Shown piece by piece: positions 49,969 to 62,749 of a stretch of DNA of 64,000 bases (within the stretch, counting starts at the first letter, position 1; the number at the start of each line of letters is the position of its first letter). The DNA comes from Ancylonema sp. (Eukaryota), in the NCBI GenBank assembly GCA_050230475.1, contig JBFLGF010000074.1:1-64000 (forward strand), written 5' to 3'. Both the position numbers and the translations under genes were made by a program. The notes below the pieces were generated by a model. It saw only the letters and a list, made by a program, of their open reading frames with translations, made no database searches and was not told where the DNA came from.

Positions 49969-51019
49969 TGCTAGGTACTGACGGGGAAGCAGTGGTAGCG
50001 GAATTCGCAATTACAAATCTGTCTGACGTCAGATCTGCTTATCAACTCTGAAAGCTGACGCAGTTGTCAGGAGGCGTCTGAATTCTTTTAGTGTTGAAGG
50101 ATACCAAATATGTCAACGATAGAGTGGGAGCGTTTGTGTGATGACGTGCACCTGAAAAAATAATTTCAAGGCACTTTTTTTATCCGCACGAGGTGCGGCT
50201 CATGACGTCTGACGTTAGCATATTAACCCCATCATACCCGTACGAATTGACCGTGATTAAAACCCGACAATATTAACCTATTTTCGTCAAGCTTTTACTC
50301 CCATGTCAGGTGTTTCGTTGAATATCCTATACAGCGACAGGAGTGCCACGTATACCGGTATTACTACACTGAAGTGCTGAACGCTGCAGGCTTGAACGGC
50401 TGACCTGGCAGTCGATGCTTCATTGTATTTTTCCACGTGGAGCCCCATCGTCGTTGTTAGCCCCATGGCAGCCATGGCCAGGTGCCCTGCCGTCAGTCAG
50501 CCCCTGCGACCTGCTCTGACGGGTATGTAGCCTCCGTTGACTTCGCCTCCAGGCCGCATTCGCCGAGTGGGCCCCCTTCCAGAAAGGGAATGCCAGAATC
50601 GGCATCTATAACTTTCCCCGTCATTTGATCGACCAGAACCACCTCTGAAATGGTCACGGATCACTCTTCTACACGTCTCTGTCGCATTTTGGCCGAAATG
50701 CTCACACCCATCCTGTGTGCCTGCCACACTCAGTATCACATGAGTCATCAAGAAAGAACCATGGTAGATTATTGAATCTTGGGATCTTCTGCCTGCGTGC
50801 CTGCCTGCAGGCGTGCCTGCCTGCGCATGGTCTAAAATGATGCACGTGTATTTCCTTCGCCAAAATTGCCGGAACCACATGCTCAAGGGGAGCGAAGCTC
50901 TGGAATTGTTTTTGGAAAGAGAAAGCATGAATTTTGCCAACAAGCATGCGATTTCTTATTAGTTATTTGACACTGTATGAAATTGCTGGGCACGCAGAGT
51001 ATCCTCGGCAGCGCATTGT

Positions 51020-52244
51020 GATGTGTTCAGGAGCCTCATCAAGTCATTGGAGTAAGAGTCTCCATGGTCAGGATGTGCCACGCCTCGGATTGTCCAGATT
51101 GCGCAGACATTCATCGAGCATCAGACGAGTGACAGCTCAAGTAAGGAGATGCTAATGACACGCTCCAGCCCTGTGTCCAATCATCAACATGGTTCTGAAA
51201 TATTTGCCTGAACAGCTCATTTTTCTCAAAAGGCAGGTTTTCAACATACTTTCGTTTCTCAAACATCTCCACCTCCTGTTGCCAGGTGTCAAAATCTCAG
51301 GCTTTCGAGGGCAAGGTCATTCCAGAGCCTGACTTCCGCATCGCAGCCGTCCTGCTGGGTGAGCCAATGGGTGCCCGGCCCAACCACCGACCATCCCGAG
51401 CAACAGGGACCGCACCTTAACCACACAAAATCAAATCTCACCACACACCCACAGCCTCAGCTTCATATGTACCAGATTTGCCAAGCATTAGGCAGACCTT
51501 CACTTGCTATTCTCATATCCCCATTCTTTCCCCCGACCACAGTGTGCGGAGAAGTAGGGCAGCAAGAGGGCAGGATTCTGGTCGAAACGACTCCAGACCG
51601 TACAATCGATCTCTCTTTCATGTTTTATGGAAGAGCAATTATTATTTCCTGTTCCGTGTGTGGGGTATGCAGGCACAGCGGGGCTCCTTGTGCTTGCTGA
51701 TCAGAAGCTTCTGGCAGCTCCCATTGGATTGCTGGGAGGTCTGCTGCTGGTCCAGGTGAGCCTTCATTCGAACCTCCCTAGTTTCCATGCCAATTTGCAT
51801 ATGGCAGCATTTAGTACCCATCTCACCGAGCTGGTCTGTCCGAGTTGAGAGACGGATTGATTGCGGCTGGGGAGAACGTGTTTGTGGGCGGGGAGAATAG
51901 GTGGAAGTAAGTTTTTGAAGTGTCGGTATGGTTGTGAAGTGAGTGGTAGCTTGGGCAAACTCAGGCGTTGATCTCAAATACATGGACTGTAGACAAAACA
52001 ACAATGAATGCTGGAGCAACAATGAATCATGGCCAAGGCATTTGTGCATGCTACATCTGTCAGCAATGAGTGGTTAGGCATCCCACTGAAATCACGTCCG
52101 TACTCCACATTCACAAATTGGGAGTTCTGGTGGCCCGGATTTCCCGTGCTCGTGTACCCCAAGTTCACTTCTCCGGTCATTGCTGACGGCAAGAAGTTAT
52201 ACGATGCCATGGTGGAGCGATGTGGGAGCAGCGGGCCTCCTTGA
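51020..52244 (+). pseudogene. DUF3119-family plastid membrane protein gene with apparent deletions (pseudogene or local misassembly)
   Basis: Exons give RRVTAQ|..VIPEPDFRIAAVLL|G..LLAAPIGLLGGLLLVQ|..GENVFVGGENRWK|YSTFTNWEFWWPGFPVLVY..PVIADGKKLYDAMVERCG. The expected RVRFVFD and FKETQT segments and two splice acceptors are absent. Confidence 0.75.
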
Positions 52245-52292
52245 CAATGGAGCATGTGTGCGCGTGTGCGCCTGTGCGAATTGAAAGTAGGG

Positions 52293-53025
52293 AAGTACAC
52301 AAATTGTGGCCAGGCAACTCTTAGGGGACCTCGTCAGATGTGCAGTGAATACAGGGAAGATCCCTCTCCATTCAGGTGTAGAATTGATGCAGGCGGGTCT
52401 TGTAGCTGTGGGCGTGGACCTGGAGACAGTCCATATAGTGGCGGACTCATATCCGGACTTACAAACAAGAGGAGATGACGAATTTGCGATTGGTGTAGAT
52501 GACATACACACGGCTGTGGTGCGGGCCACAAACCTGAAGACGATCGAAGACACAGAAGTGGAGGATGAGGGTGCATGGTCGAAGGATGAATACGCCGCCA
52601 AGTACCGCCTGCTTGCTCAATTAAAGGCAGATGATGTAATTGAAAGTACACAAATTGTGGCCAGGCAACTCTTAGGGGACCTCGTCAGATGTGCAGTGAA
52701 TACAGGGAAGATCCCTCTCCATTCAGGTGTAGAATTGATGCAGGCGGGTCTTGTAGCTGTGGGCGTGGACCTGGAGACAGTCCATATAGTGGCGGACTCA
52801 TATCCGGACTTACAAACAAGAGGAGATGACGAATTTGCGATTGGTGTAGATGACATACACACGGCTGTGGTGCGGGCCACAAACCTGAAGACTGTTCTCG
52901 GAGGGGCCCAGGTGTTGGCTGTGCTGCTCGGCCAGTCTATCCATCCTGATGCTGCGATAGAGGCAGAAAGCAAGGGTGTCCACGTCATCCTGAGGAATCA
53001 GAATGACGCTTCCGCAGTGTTCTAG
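52293..53025 (+). CDS. Intronless ORF fragment with an internal ~249-bp direct repeat; C-terminus resembles a bacterial PD-(D/E)XK-like domain
   Basis: Repeat copies at 52293-52541 and 52644-52892 (offset 351 nt, in frame). No clear ATG start. Family resemblance is from memory only. Confidence 0.45.
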
Positions 53026-56000
53026 ATAACCCTGACTCAGAACTGCAGTTAGGCCATTTTCGGGTGGTCAACCTTCTTAGTTACAACAGACCACCAGCAA
53101 GCAACGCATAGCATCAAAAGGGTGAGAGTCTATTGCAGCAATGGCAGCTGGGTGGTGCTGCAGAAATGTGATACTATGTACAATAATACGAATTGTGTAT
53201 ACCATGGGTTTTGGTGTGGGATTTCGTTAGGTCGTTAGATGTGTGATGTTAAACTGTAAGTGTTGTATGGGTTGATGCGTTTCTGTACTTGAGCGGAAGT
53301 GAATGTTTGTGACAGCTAGAGCATTTCAAAAAAAATGAGCGCCTCCGCAATTGCATGTACTCTAAACGTTTGACTCCAAATCAGATACACGTGCAGTCTC
53401 AGATAACGCACTTAGCGTATTCACATGTGGACAGAGTTGTAGCGAAGTGTGAAATGCATGCCATCTGAACATGCATGTGTCGCAAGAGTCAGGTGCACGT
53501 TGATCTGTGTTGAATCCACATCCATAATCCATAATCCACAATCATATCGCTGCTATTTGAATGTCATCACATACACCAGGCAATCAGTCTGAATCAGTAG
53601 TGTATAACATTGCCTACCATCTACCCCACCTGCAGCGCAACATCCAATGAATGTCAGGAGAAAGAATATAATACATTGAGTATTTGAAGGATTGAATTCT
53701 CATTGTATCACATTGTATGTATGTTTTGTACTACATATTATCTGTTTATACAAATAATTGATGGATATTAGGTACATGATGCCATACCTTATGTGTACGT
53801 CTGTGCCACTGAGTCACTGCCATCGGCAACTTAATTCCAGTCTGGAGGAGTTGAAAGTGAATTTGTATCATAGCGGTATGCGTATGCAGTTTACGATGAA
53901 AACGCCTTATCTCATGAAGCACTTGAAGCGAAAGTTTTTTCGGAGGCTCCATATCAACAGGAAACCTCTTGGTAATAGCAAATGCTGAAATTATCAATAT
54001 GCTTGCCGTCATTCTTAGGCAACACAAAATGTGTAATCTGGAATGCGCAGCTGTACCTAAAATTCTTCATCACTGAACACTTCTTATACAATAGGTGCAT
54101 CATTTACAGTTGGTATGATTCTGTCACAGGACGAGGACAAACCTTCTTTCCAGGGACCAAGTTATGCCAAGAATTGAAAGAATCTATGATTCTCCTTTGA
54201 CAGCTGACCACTTAACACACAGGGGCAACCTGTCAAAAGTTCCACCAGCTCTGCACCCAAAGCAGCAGTGTGGTGTTCTATGAGGAGTTGTTGTGGTTAA
54301 CAAATAGCTTACATTTTCATGAGAGATGAAGAACACATTGGTCTTCTTTCTGCGTGGGCGTTGAAGACATTAAAGTTTTATAGCAAAGATTGATCATTAA
54401 ATTACCATCCGTGTGGTGTTTGCAGTCATGTTTGAAAAGCTGGAGCTCTGTCCCCCACTGCTCATTGAAAGCGCGAGCAGCGCCAGGCCCCTGACTGTGC
54501 AAGCAAGGACCGATTCGCCAGCAGTTTCTACTAGGAAGGCTGGGTAGCATTCGTTCCTGAACAAATCCTGAGAAACACATACAAGTGGCAGCACTCTCCC
54601 ATGAGGCAGCTGAGATCCATTCACATCACATATGATATGGATTTTTTTCGGTCACACTAGTCTCAATACGTCCTGTCTTGGAAGCTGAATCGAAACGTTG
54701 AGCACCTGCTGAAAATCAGAACGCTCTAACTTTCAATGACTGTGTTGAGAGCGAGAACGGAGGTTCGTAATCATTATCTAACATGGTGTGAGCTGGGCTG
54801 CGATTGACTGCTACGTTTCGACAAAACCTGCTTCAGCATGCCTCCGTGCGATGCTGTATGCGCTCAGGAGCTCCAGTGCGACAAAAAATAATTTGAGAGC
54901 TGAGGGCAGGATGCGAGAATGCTTTTCGATGTGCCGGTAGACGAAATGACATGCTTGGGGGCATGAATATAAAAGTTCATTGTTGTTATCCAAAGATTTA
55001 TTGCGGTGCTGACCTGGCACAGGCTGGCCTGAGATGACTCTGATCGCAACGCCCTGATTCTCAGGGGACAAGGGCCGGAAGTCAAATAGTATGCACTGCG
55101 ACATGGAGCAGGACCTTAAAAGTGGTGAGTCAAGAACAGGGTACACTGTGGACGCTGTAGTGGGCGACGCATATTGTGAGAACGGCGGTGAGGAAAACGA
55201 TTCTGCTGTTTAGTTGCAAAGAGCATGCAAAGCAGCAGGAGTGCAAATGACGGAGGGGTTAATCGCTGTGCAGTGACCAAAACAATACCTGCCCTGATGT
55301 GGTTTTGATGATCGTCATCGAATGTCGGAAGAGAGATGGAAGGAGTCGTGTCCCTGCTGCGGCAATCCAGCGAGGGGGGCCTGCGGGTACGTTGAGATCA
55401 ATTGTCGCCACGTACACCTCATCTGACGCTGCGTCAGTATCATCTGTTGTCAGAAGGCTTTTGCAGATACAAGATGAAAACGCCCCCTGTCCACGTAAGG
55501 CAGCGGGGCAGACGTGGGCTTGCAGCTCGTCTTTCTTTTGCAAATGGCTTTGATAACGCTGGTGATGTTTAGCTGGCGGGTTGACATTTCGCCTGAAAAT
55601 GAACCTGTCTGTAATAAGCAGTTTCTGAGGAGTGAAGAAGGCAGGAATGGATGTCAGCTCAGTTCTCAGAGAGGCCCGCGCTAATGTGGATTCCCAGCCG
55701 CACAATGAAAGCATGTCTGCCTTCTTTTTCGATAAAGCCTAACCACGTAACCGTTACCGCTTTGAAGTCAGATAATGATCGCAAAGGCTGGGGACCTCTT
55801 CTCCAAATTGTTGAATGAAACTTTAAGGTTATGTAGACTCTTTGGAACCAATATATCATGTTCGAAATTCAAATTTGAGTTCCACATCATTGTCAAGGAA
55901 ACAGTTTCCTTTTAACTCGTGCAAAAACATGCGTTTCTGACATAGCAAGTGAATGGACACTCGAGCACAAACTGATCAGAGTGATGGATGGAATGTTGCA

Positions 56001-57029
56001 TATGAAAAATTATGTACGCAAATCATGCACATCCTGAGAGATTGTCTCACACCATATCAGAAACAGATTGGTGTTGTCGCATTTGCAGTGACACGCCTCC
56101 GCAGATGTAGACATCGCAAGTAATTTCCAGAAAACATCCCAATATTCTTTCCGAGGGACAATATCTGGAACTAATTCCTGAGGCGAGGCTCAATGTGCAG
56201 CTACAAAACTCAAAAGGCAGAGCGAGAATTCCAAGGAACATTAGTGAAACTCATGCAGGAAACAGCCAGCTTCCACACCCGCCCTCTCACTAACATATCA
56301 AAGATGACTTTACATTTACTCACACTACTCTCGAGTATCGTATCGTGATGACAAATACACAAATTCACACCAACGAGTGACCACCTCTCTAATGTCCTCA
56401 CACTACCTACTTCTCGCAACAATCTGCTCTTGCCTAACACACGTAGCCATTCTTGATGCGTATCATTCAGCTGAGCCAGCCCAGTCTCAGCTGGTGTCAG
56501 CGGCAGCACAGGTCGTCCAGAGCCGATCACCCACCTGCAAAATCCAGCAGAAAGAATCAGGTGTGAGACCTACTGGATATGATACTTACTTACTTGATGT
56601 AGCATGCATGCCAACGCACCTAGGCACAACCTGGGGTCTTTCGAGAAAGGTCAGACCCTGATTGGTTTAAAAATCAACGGAAGAGTTGTGAGTTGTACAC
56701 CAGCCACGACAACCTCAACCTGGCGAGCATGAGATAACAAACCTGGATCAATCATCGATCCCTTGCCTTTGACTGCCCTTCTAACATAGCCCCACTGATG
56801 AGGATACGCATGCGAACGAAAAGAGCATCTGTGACTGCCAAGCTGCTGCTCTGCTCATGGTTTTGGTGGCAGTTATCAGGTCTGACTCCAACTTGTTTCA
56901 TTGTAAGAATTCTCGGCACACTTCTGAGCAGATGGACACACAAGACTTCATCTGCTCGCCATAGCTCAGCAACACAACAGTGTCACATTCAGAGTAACCA
57001 GAGTTTTCAGAGGCGTACCATCCTGGCCG

Positions 57030-57706
57030 TTATGCACCGACTATGATATTGTTGATGGGAATGAAGATGAGCTTCACAAAGAACCCAATGAAGCCCATGA
57101 CGATGAAGCCGCAGGCAGTCCTGAATGCCACCTTCGTGAACTCTGCAACAGGTAAGAAAGATTATAAGCGGAAGGAGCTAGAATGGGCAGGTTTGGTGCA
57201 ATTCACCATGATACAGTGTCCATAGTGCAGTGTTGCGCCCAAAAAATCAGCCTCTAAACATTTGTACAACAATTCACTATCTGTAGCATCAAGATTCAAA
57301 ATGATTCCCGGTACGAGGCCATCTGTACCGATTGATTCTAGAGTTACCTATATACAGACCTGCCCACGTGTTTGAAGAAGAAAGTAACTTTCCAACCGTG
57401 CCATATCCTGTGTACCCTTGGTAAAATGAAATGCATTCTACATGGTATATCTTACACTGTGCCGCAGGTCTTGCTCGACAGCATTGATATTGCAAAATTA
57501 AAACATATGTGAGCTGGAGAAGCTTCCCGGACTACATGTTTTCCTGGCTACGAGATGCGGAGCCGTGCATGTAAGGCATAGCACACCCAGCATCGAAGAA
57601 GGAAAAGTGCACCTTTGCGGTCTGGCTTCTGACACCTCTTGACCAGTCGGATGCTATCCTTTGCAAAATTTTGAATCGGTCGGACTACGTAATCTACCGC
57701 CTCCAT
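57030..57706 (-). CDS. SEC61G: Protein transport protein Sec61 subunit gamma, 68 aa, 2 coding exons
   Basis: Exons 57613-57706 and 57030-57142: [68 protein letters not shown]. Confidence 0.97.
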
Positions 57707-58042
57707 CCAGCTAGCACGTCGCTTTCTCCTCGAAGGCGTCTCCAACGGGAAATCAAGACAAGAACTTTGTCTGCGTCCTTTACAAGCAGAGCAATCAATG
57801 AGCAGTCGCAGAAGCTATCAGGCTTGGGGGTCACTTCAAAGCCAGTGATAGAGAGTCGTATGTCTCCTGTGTGAACTCCAAGGGCACAACTGTTTTTCTT
57901 TGTCGGTCCTCCTTCGCATTGAGGTTTTTGGCATTTTGCCAACTGGTTAATATTACAGTACGGGGGGGCAAGGTTGGGCAGGGAAACTGTAACGAAGGGG
58001 GCCTTAATTTGCCCCTGCGTAACCTGAAGTTATGAAGTTTTT

Positions 58043-58860
58043 CTCCGTCTTCGTCTTGGCCTTCCACATCCCTGTCTTGCGACGTATGCGGCGTGTTCAT
58101 GTGGCCACCCGTTGGATCCGCTGGAGACCCACCTTCTGTGCTGCGCCCGCGGGTGCGAGCGCACTTCATCGCATGATTTTGTGCGCGATGCAGTTTACCA
58201 CACCATTCGGGAGCCGCGCCAGCATGCGCATCGGGAGCGCACTGGCTTCCTTCCTTCATCGGCTCCTTGGGGGCGCGGAGGGCGTGTGGACATTGTGATT
58301 TCGGATGCTGCGGTGGGACACACTTCGATCGACATTGTTGTTGCAGACCCTACCCGTCGTGATTTGGTGGAGCGCTGTGCTAGGCAGGATCTTGTCGCTG
58401 CTATAGATGCGGAGCGAAGGAAGGAAACCCACTACCGGGATCGCGTAGCAGAGACGAATTTTTTGCCCTTTGCTCTTGAGACGTACGGTGCATTGTCTGA
58501 TAGGTCGGATCGATTTTTGGTCGAGTGTACAACTTTAGCATCTAGAGAGTATGCAGGATCAGGGCCCTCTATTAGCTTCTTGTGCACTTGGTTCCGTCAG
58601 AGAGTGTAGATTGCATTGCAACGATCGCTAGCACATGCCACACATGCTAGAACCCTATGTCTAGAGCAATCCATGACCTTGTTACCTCCCCCACCACCGC
58701 GCGCGCATTCCACTTTCTTCTTCGGAGTTGCATATTGTTGCTAGTTTTGTCTAGTAAGATCGGCTCACATATTTGTCGATTTTTTAGGATATGTAGTGTC
58801 TTTAGAGGCACATTCTTGTTATGAGATGGGGTTCCCGTCGTTTTCCAATAATACACACTT
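58043..58860 (+). mobile_element. 5'-truncated CRE-like non-LTR retrotransposon (zinc knuckle, restriction-like endonuclease, 3' UTR)
   Basis: LRLRLGLP, CSCGHPLDPLETHLLCC..HDFVRD, GRVDIV..IDIVVADP, ERRKETHY, FLPFALETYG. The 3' region is shared with 7.9-8.2 kb. Confidence 0.85.
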
Positions 58861-58886
58861 TCCACTATGTGTTAGCCCCATGCACG

Positions 58887-59039
58887 CAAGTTTGGCAGGA
58901 CACGCGTGTCCGATACGAGACGCGTCTCTGCACGATACGATACGAGTCGTATCGGAAACTAGATATTGGGCAAAAATCCCCGATACGCCGCAACGTATCG
59001 GAAACGCATCGGATACGATATGCGTGTCGTGCAAATTTG
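58887..59039. mobile_element. MITE-like element with imperfect TIRs and internal CGATAC/GTATCG repeats
   Basis: Left end caagtttggcaggacacgc versus reverse complement of the right end caaatttgcacgacacgc; no TSD recognised. Confidence 0.6.
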
Positions 59040-59346
59040 GTCTAGAATGCTATCGAGGGCTACTTTTTCTCAATTCCACTGTTGCTCAATTCTTTGGTCC
59101 AACTGAACCTGAAACTGAAGTTTCGTTTTGTCCGTTTGCGTGTCGGTACATGTCATCTCGGAGGGCGTTAGCACGTCGCATATTGTCGCCTCCTTGTAAC
59201 ATCTACTGACCTCATTCACTTGACAGATTACGCCATATGTTGTGGAAGAATGTGAGTGTAACCATAGGGTTGATGGAAGGAGTTAGCAGAATTGGATCAC
59301 TGCATCTAGAACGGACAAGTTTACATTCATAACATCTGAAATCGCA

Positions 59347-61413
59347 ATGATTTCCGGGAAGGCAGGCATAAAGTACGGGCTCCAGCTGAACGCAAAGTCG
59401 AATTTGCCCAAGCAAGCAAGGAAGGCGCCTGCTCCCCTTGCTCCCTCAATATTTGATGACGATGAGATCGAAGATATAGAAGCTGAGATTGCTCGTCAAG
59501 CTAGTAAACAAAGGTCTAAGAAGGAGGTGAGTTCAGGTTCTTTCGCCCTGTTCGGGCGAGGACAAGTAATTGCAACGCAGCCGTTGATTTCGTAGATATT
59601 TCGTATGTATATATATACTGCTTTGTGCACTTTGATAGTTGACAAGAGTGCAGAGGTCGTGTCAGTTGTACATGCCACGTCACCATGCATGGCAGTTCGA
59701 TGGTAATTCATCACAGAGTCCTGGGCTGACTAGCCCACTCTACAGTGCACAGACCATGCTATCATAGTTAGGAAATAACATCCAGTACAACTTTGATTAT
59801 GGACGAATTTTAGAAGATGTCACATGACCTCTGATCTCACAAATTGGATAAACTTATGCATTATTTCCCCTTGGAATTCCAGGTCTGAATAACGTTTTGA
59901 CTCTTGGCATTCAATATACAGTTATGAAAGGTGCTATATTTCCTATCTCTAAATATATTAGAATTTACACTTTGAAATACATCACATCAAAATTTCTCAA
60001 ATATCATGCATTTACCCGAATCGGTGCTGCTGCAGGTAGAGATGCAGCATGCAGAAGCCTTGACGCAAGATGCGCTGGTCTTCGACTATGATAGCCACTT
60101 CGACGAAATGAAAGCGGCTAAGAAAGGTGCAGCAGAGAAGGCAACAGTGCAGCGTGAGGTACATGGTCACCAAAACTGTCGTCCACAAGTCCGCCATTGT
60201 TCTTGAGCCTGAGTCTTCTCCACATGCTGCCAGCTAAACTGCGCTAACTCAGCATTTTCATTGTCTATGAACTGGCATCGTTAGCTACTTTCATGTGCTT
60301 TACCGACCTGGCATCATCGCCTCCCCGCCCCTGGAAGTACATTTATTCTGAGGAGAAGAAAAAAAGGACGATGAAAAAAAAAAAAAAAAAAGCTGGCTTA
60401 GGATCACCTGACCTCATGTCACTGTTTCTTCTCTCGGTGCAGTCCAAGTACATTGGCAGGCTAGTGGCCAAAGCCAAGGAGAGAGAGAAGGAGCAAGACA
60501 TTTTGTACGAGCGCAAGTTGTCTAAGGAGAGGCAGAAAGAGGACCATCTCTACGGAGACAAGGATAAATTTGTGACCCGTGCTTACAAGGAGAAGCTGGC
60601 TGAGGAAGCCAAGTGGCTGGCAGAGGAGAAGCGACAGGACGCACAGGAGGAGGCTAATGATGTGAGAATTGCAATTCTGCGCTTCGTTACACATCCTTAC
60701 AAGGACACACTTGCATGAGAAAATGTATACATATGTTCGTGGAAATAGTGTCTTTGTCGCTCATGGCTTACAAAGAGAGGGTCTGAAGTATCTTTCGTTC
60801 GTTTGTTCGTTGTTGTCTTTATTTGTTATTCAAATATTCGAATTTGCGTTGTATTTAGTAGACGGTATATAGAGAAGGCAGACTCTGATGTTGCCTAAGA
60901 ACAAGGATGACATCATCACCATCATCATGATTGCAATCTGATCGCAAATCCGGTCCTTTTTTTTTGCAGGTCACAAAGAAGGCGGACATTACCGACTTCT
61001 ATAAGAATTTGTGGAAGCAACAAAACATGTCGGAGCAAGAAAGTGGGACCCCAGCTGGACCTAAAAAATCGTTAGATGAAGCAATGGATGTACCCATGCG
61101 TAGTGTGAAAGAGGACGCTATGTTGGATGGGGGTTCGAATGACCCTCCCAAAAAAGAGAGCAATGAAAACTACGTTTCAGATTTGAATGAGCGAAAGCAA
61201 GGCGGAGAAGCTGAGAGGGAGGCTACAATTAGCTCGCCACCTTTGACGGGTGGAATAGATGTGTCCACGCTTGAGGGAAGATCCAGTGCGCAAGAGGTGA
61301 AGCAAGAAGAACAAGTAGACGTGGTTATAGAAAAAAAACCACTCATAGATCCTGTTGCTGCTGCCAAGGAGAGATACCTTGCCCGAAAGAAGCAAAAGAC
61401 TAGTGGAAGTTAG
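59347..61413 (+). CDS. NSRP1: Nuclear speckle splicing regulatory protein 1 / CCDC55 (DUF2040), 4 exons
   Basis: Exons 59347-59526, 60036-60158, 60443-60661 and 60970-61413. KYGL, ALTQDALVFDYD, SKYI..ERKLSKER..YGDKDKFVTRAYK, AAKERYLARK. Confidence 0.93.
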
Positions 61414-62749
61414 CTTTGTGGATTGGACCACAATAGTGTATATATGGCTTGATGTGCCCGTGCGGTCTCTTAGCACATGCGCAATAGCATGGTTCTTGGA
61501 GGCTTTCAAGGGCAGCGATGATTTGGTGACACAAAAGGAGTATGATCAAACACATTTCACAATCATGCGCGGTGTGGGCAAGAGATGACATTGTTGAACA
61601 GGCGTTAGAGAGGCCAAAACGAGTGCCTAGTGCCAGCCAAAGAGCACCCATGGCTATACATCGTTACTTGTGCATGTACGGCTTAAAACTAAGATTGTCG
61701 AGGATTTCGACAACAATAGGTCAGATTTGGTATGACAGCCATCAACAGTACTCTACATTTCAGTGCTTTCGACTACCTATGCCATGCTTTCACTTTGAGT
61801 TAGAATTTGTAATCTATCTTATGATATAAGAACAAGTGACAAGGATGAACACGTACATGAACAATTGATTTGTAGCCTAGAGCTTCCGAGGTATCACTTT
61901 GCTCATTGTTGAACCTTCATCAACATTCATCTTCAAGTCCCGTTCGTGTAAGGTACGCAAATTGATGTCATGATGGCATTGCGAAGTTGTGTTGGGCAAA
62001 TTGGTTTTGGCAAGAAGGCGGCCAAGGAGAAGGTTGCCGACGCACTCTATAAGACTTATCACAACTCAAGTCTTTTCGCACTAGACACTTCCTTGAAGGC
62101 ACATGGGGTGTAAAACCAATGTTAGTGATGTAGAATTCATTGATAACATGTGCAAGGTATGCTTGCAACATGTGTTTGTATTGCCGTTTCCATGTCATTG
62201 TTCTCAATTGGTTAAAACGAATTACAACGCTTTTTTATGGCGACTTTATACATCACAGGGTGAAGGGAGGTTGACGTAGATATCGTAATAAGGAAGGCTA
62301 TTGGCCACATCTATGAGTGACACATCATGAGGAGGAGGAGGAGAAGAGGATGCCCTAAATATACAAATAGTTGATAGCTCTTACAAACAAACCCATCATA
62401 TGAGTGCACAAGTAGCGTGCACTGCTGTGTTTTGCACTACTATGTTTTGTACTGATGACATTTTACCATTGAAAAGGCTAGATATTGGTGCATGCCTACC
62501 CTATTACAATGTAAGAGTACTCAAACGTTAGTAGGATATGGAATACAAGGTACACTTCTCAAGCTACCTCTAATTCACTCAATGTCGTGCTAGAATTACG
62601 CCAATGATGAGTTTTTCGGACATTGGTTTCACACAATCTACATTCATGTCGAGCTTCAATTTATGTTTCTGATTTATTCTAGAAATGGTTGTGTAAAGAA
62701 ACAGCAATATACATGAGAAAAAAGTCAACAAAACCTTCACATCCATGTC

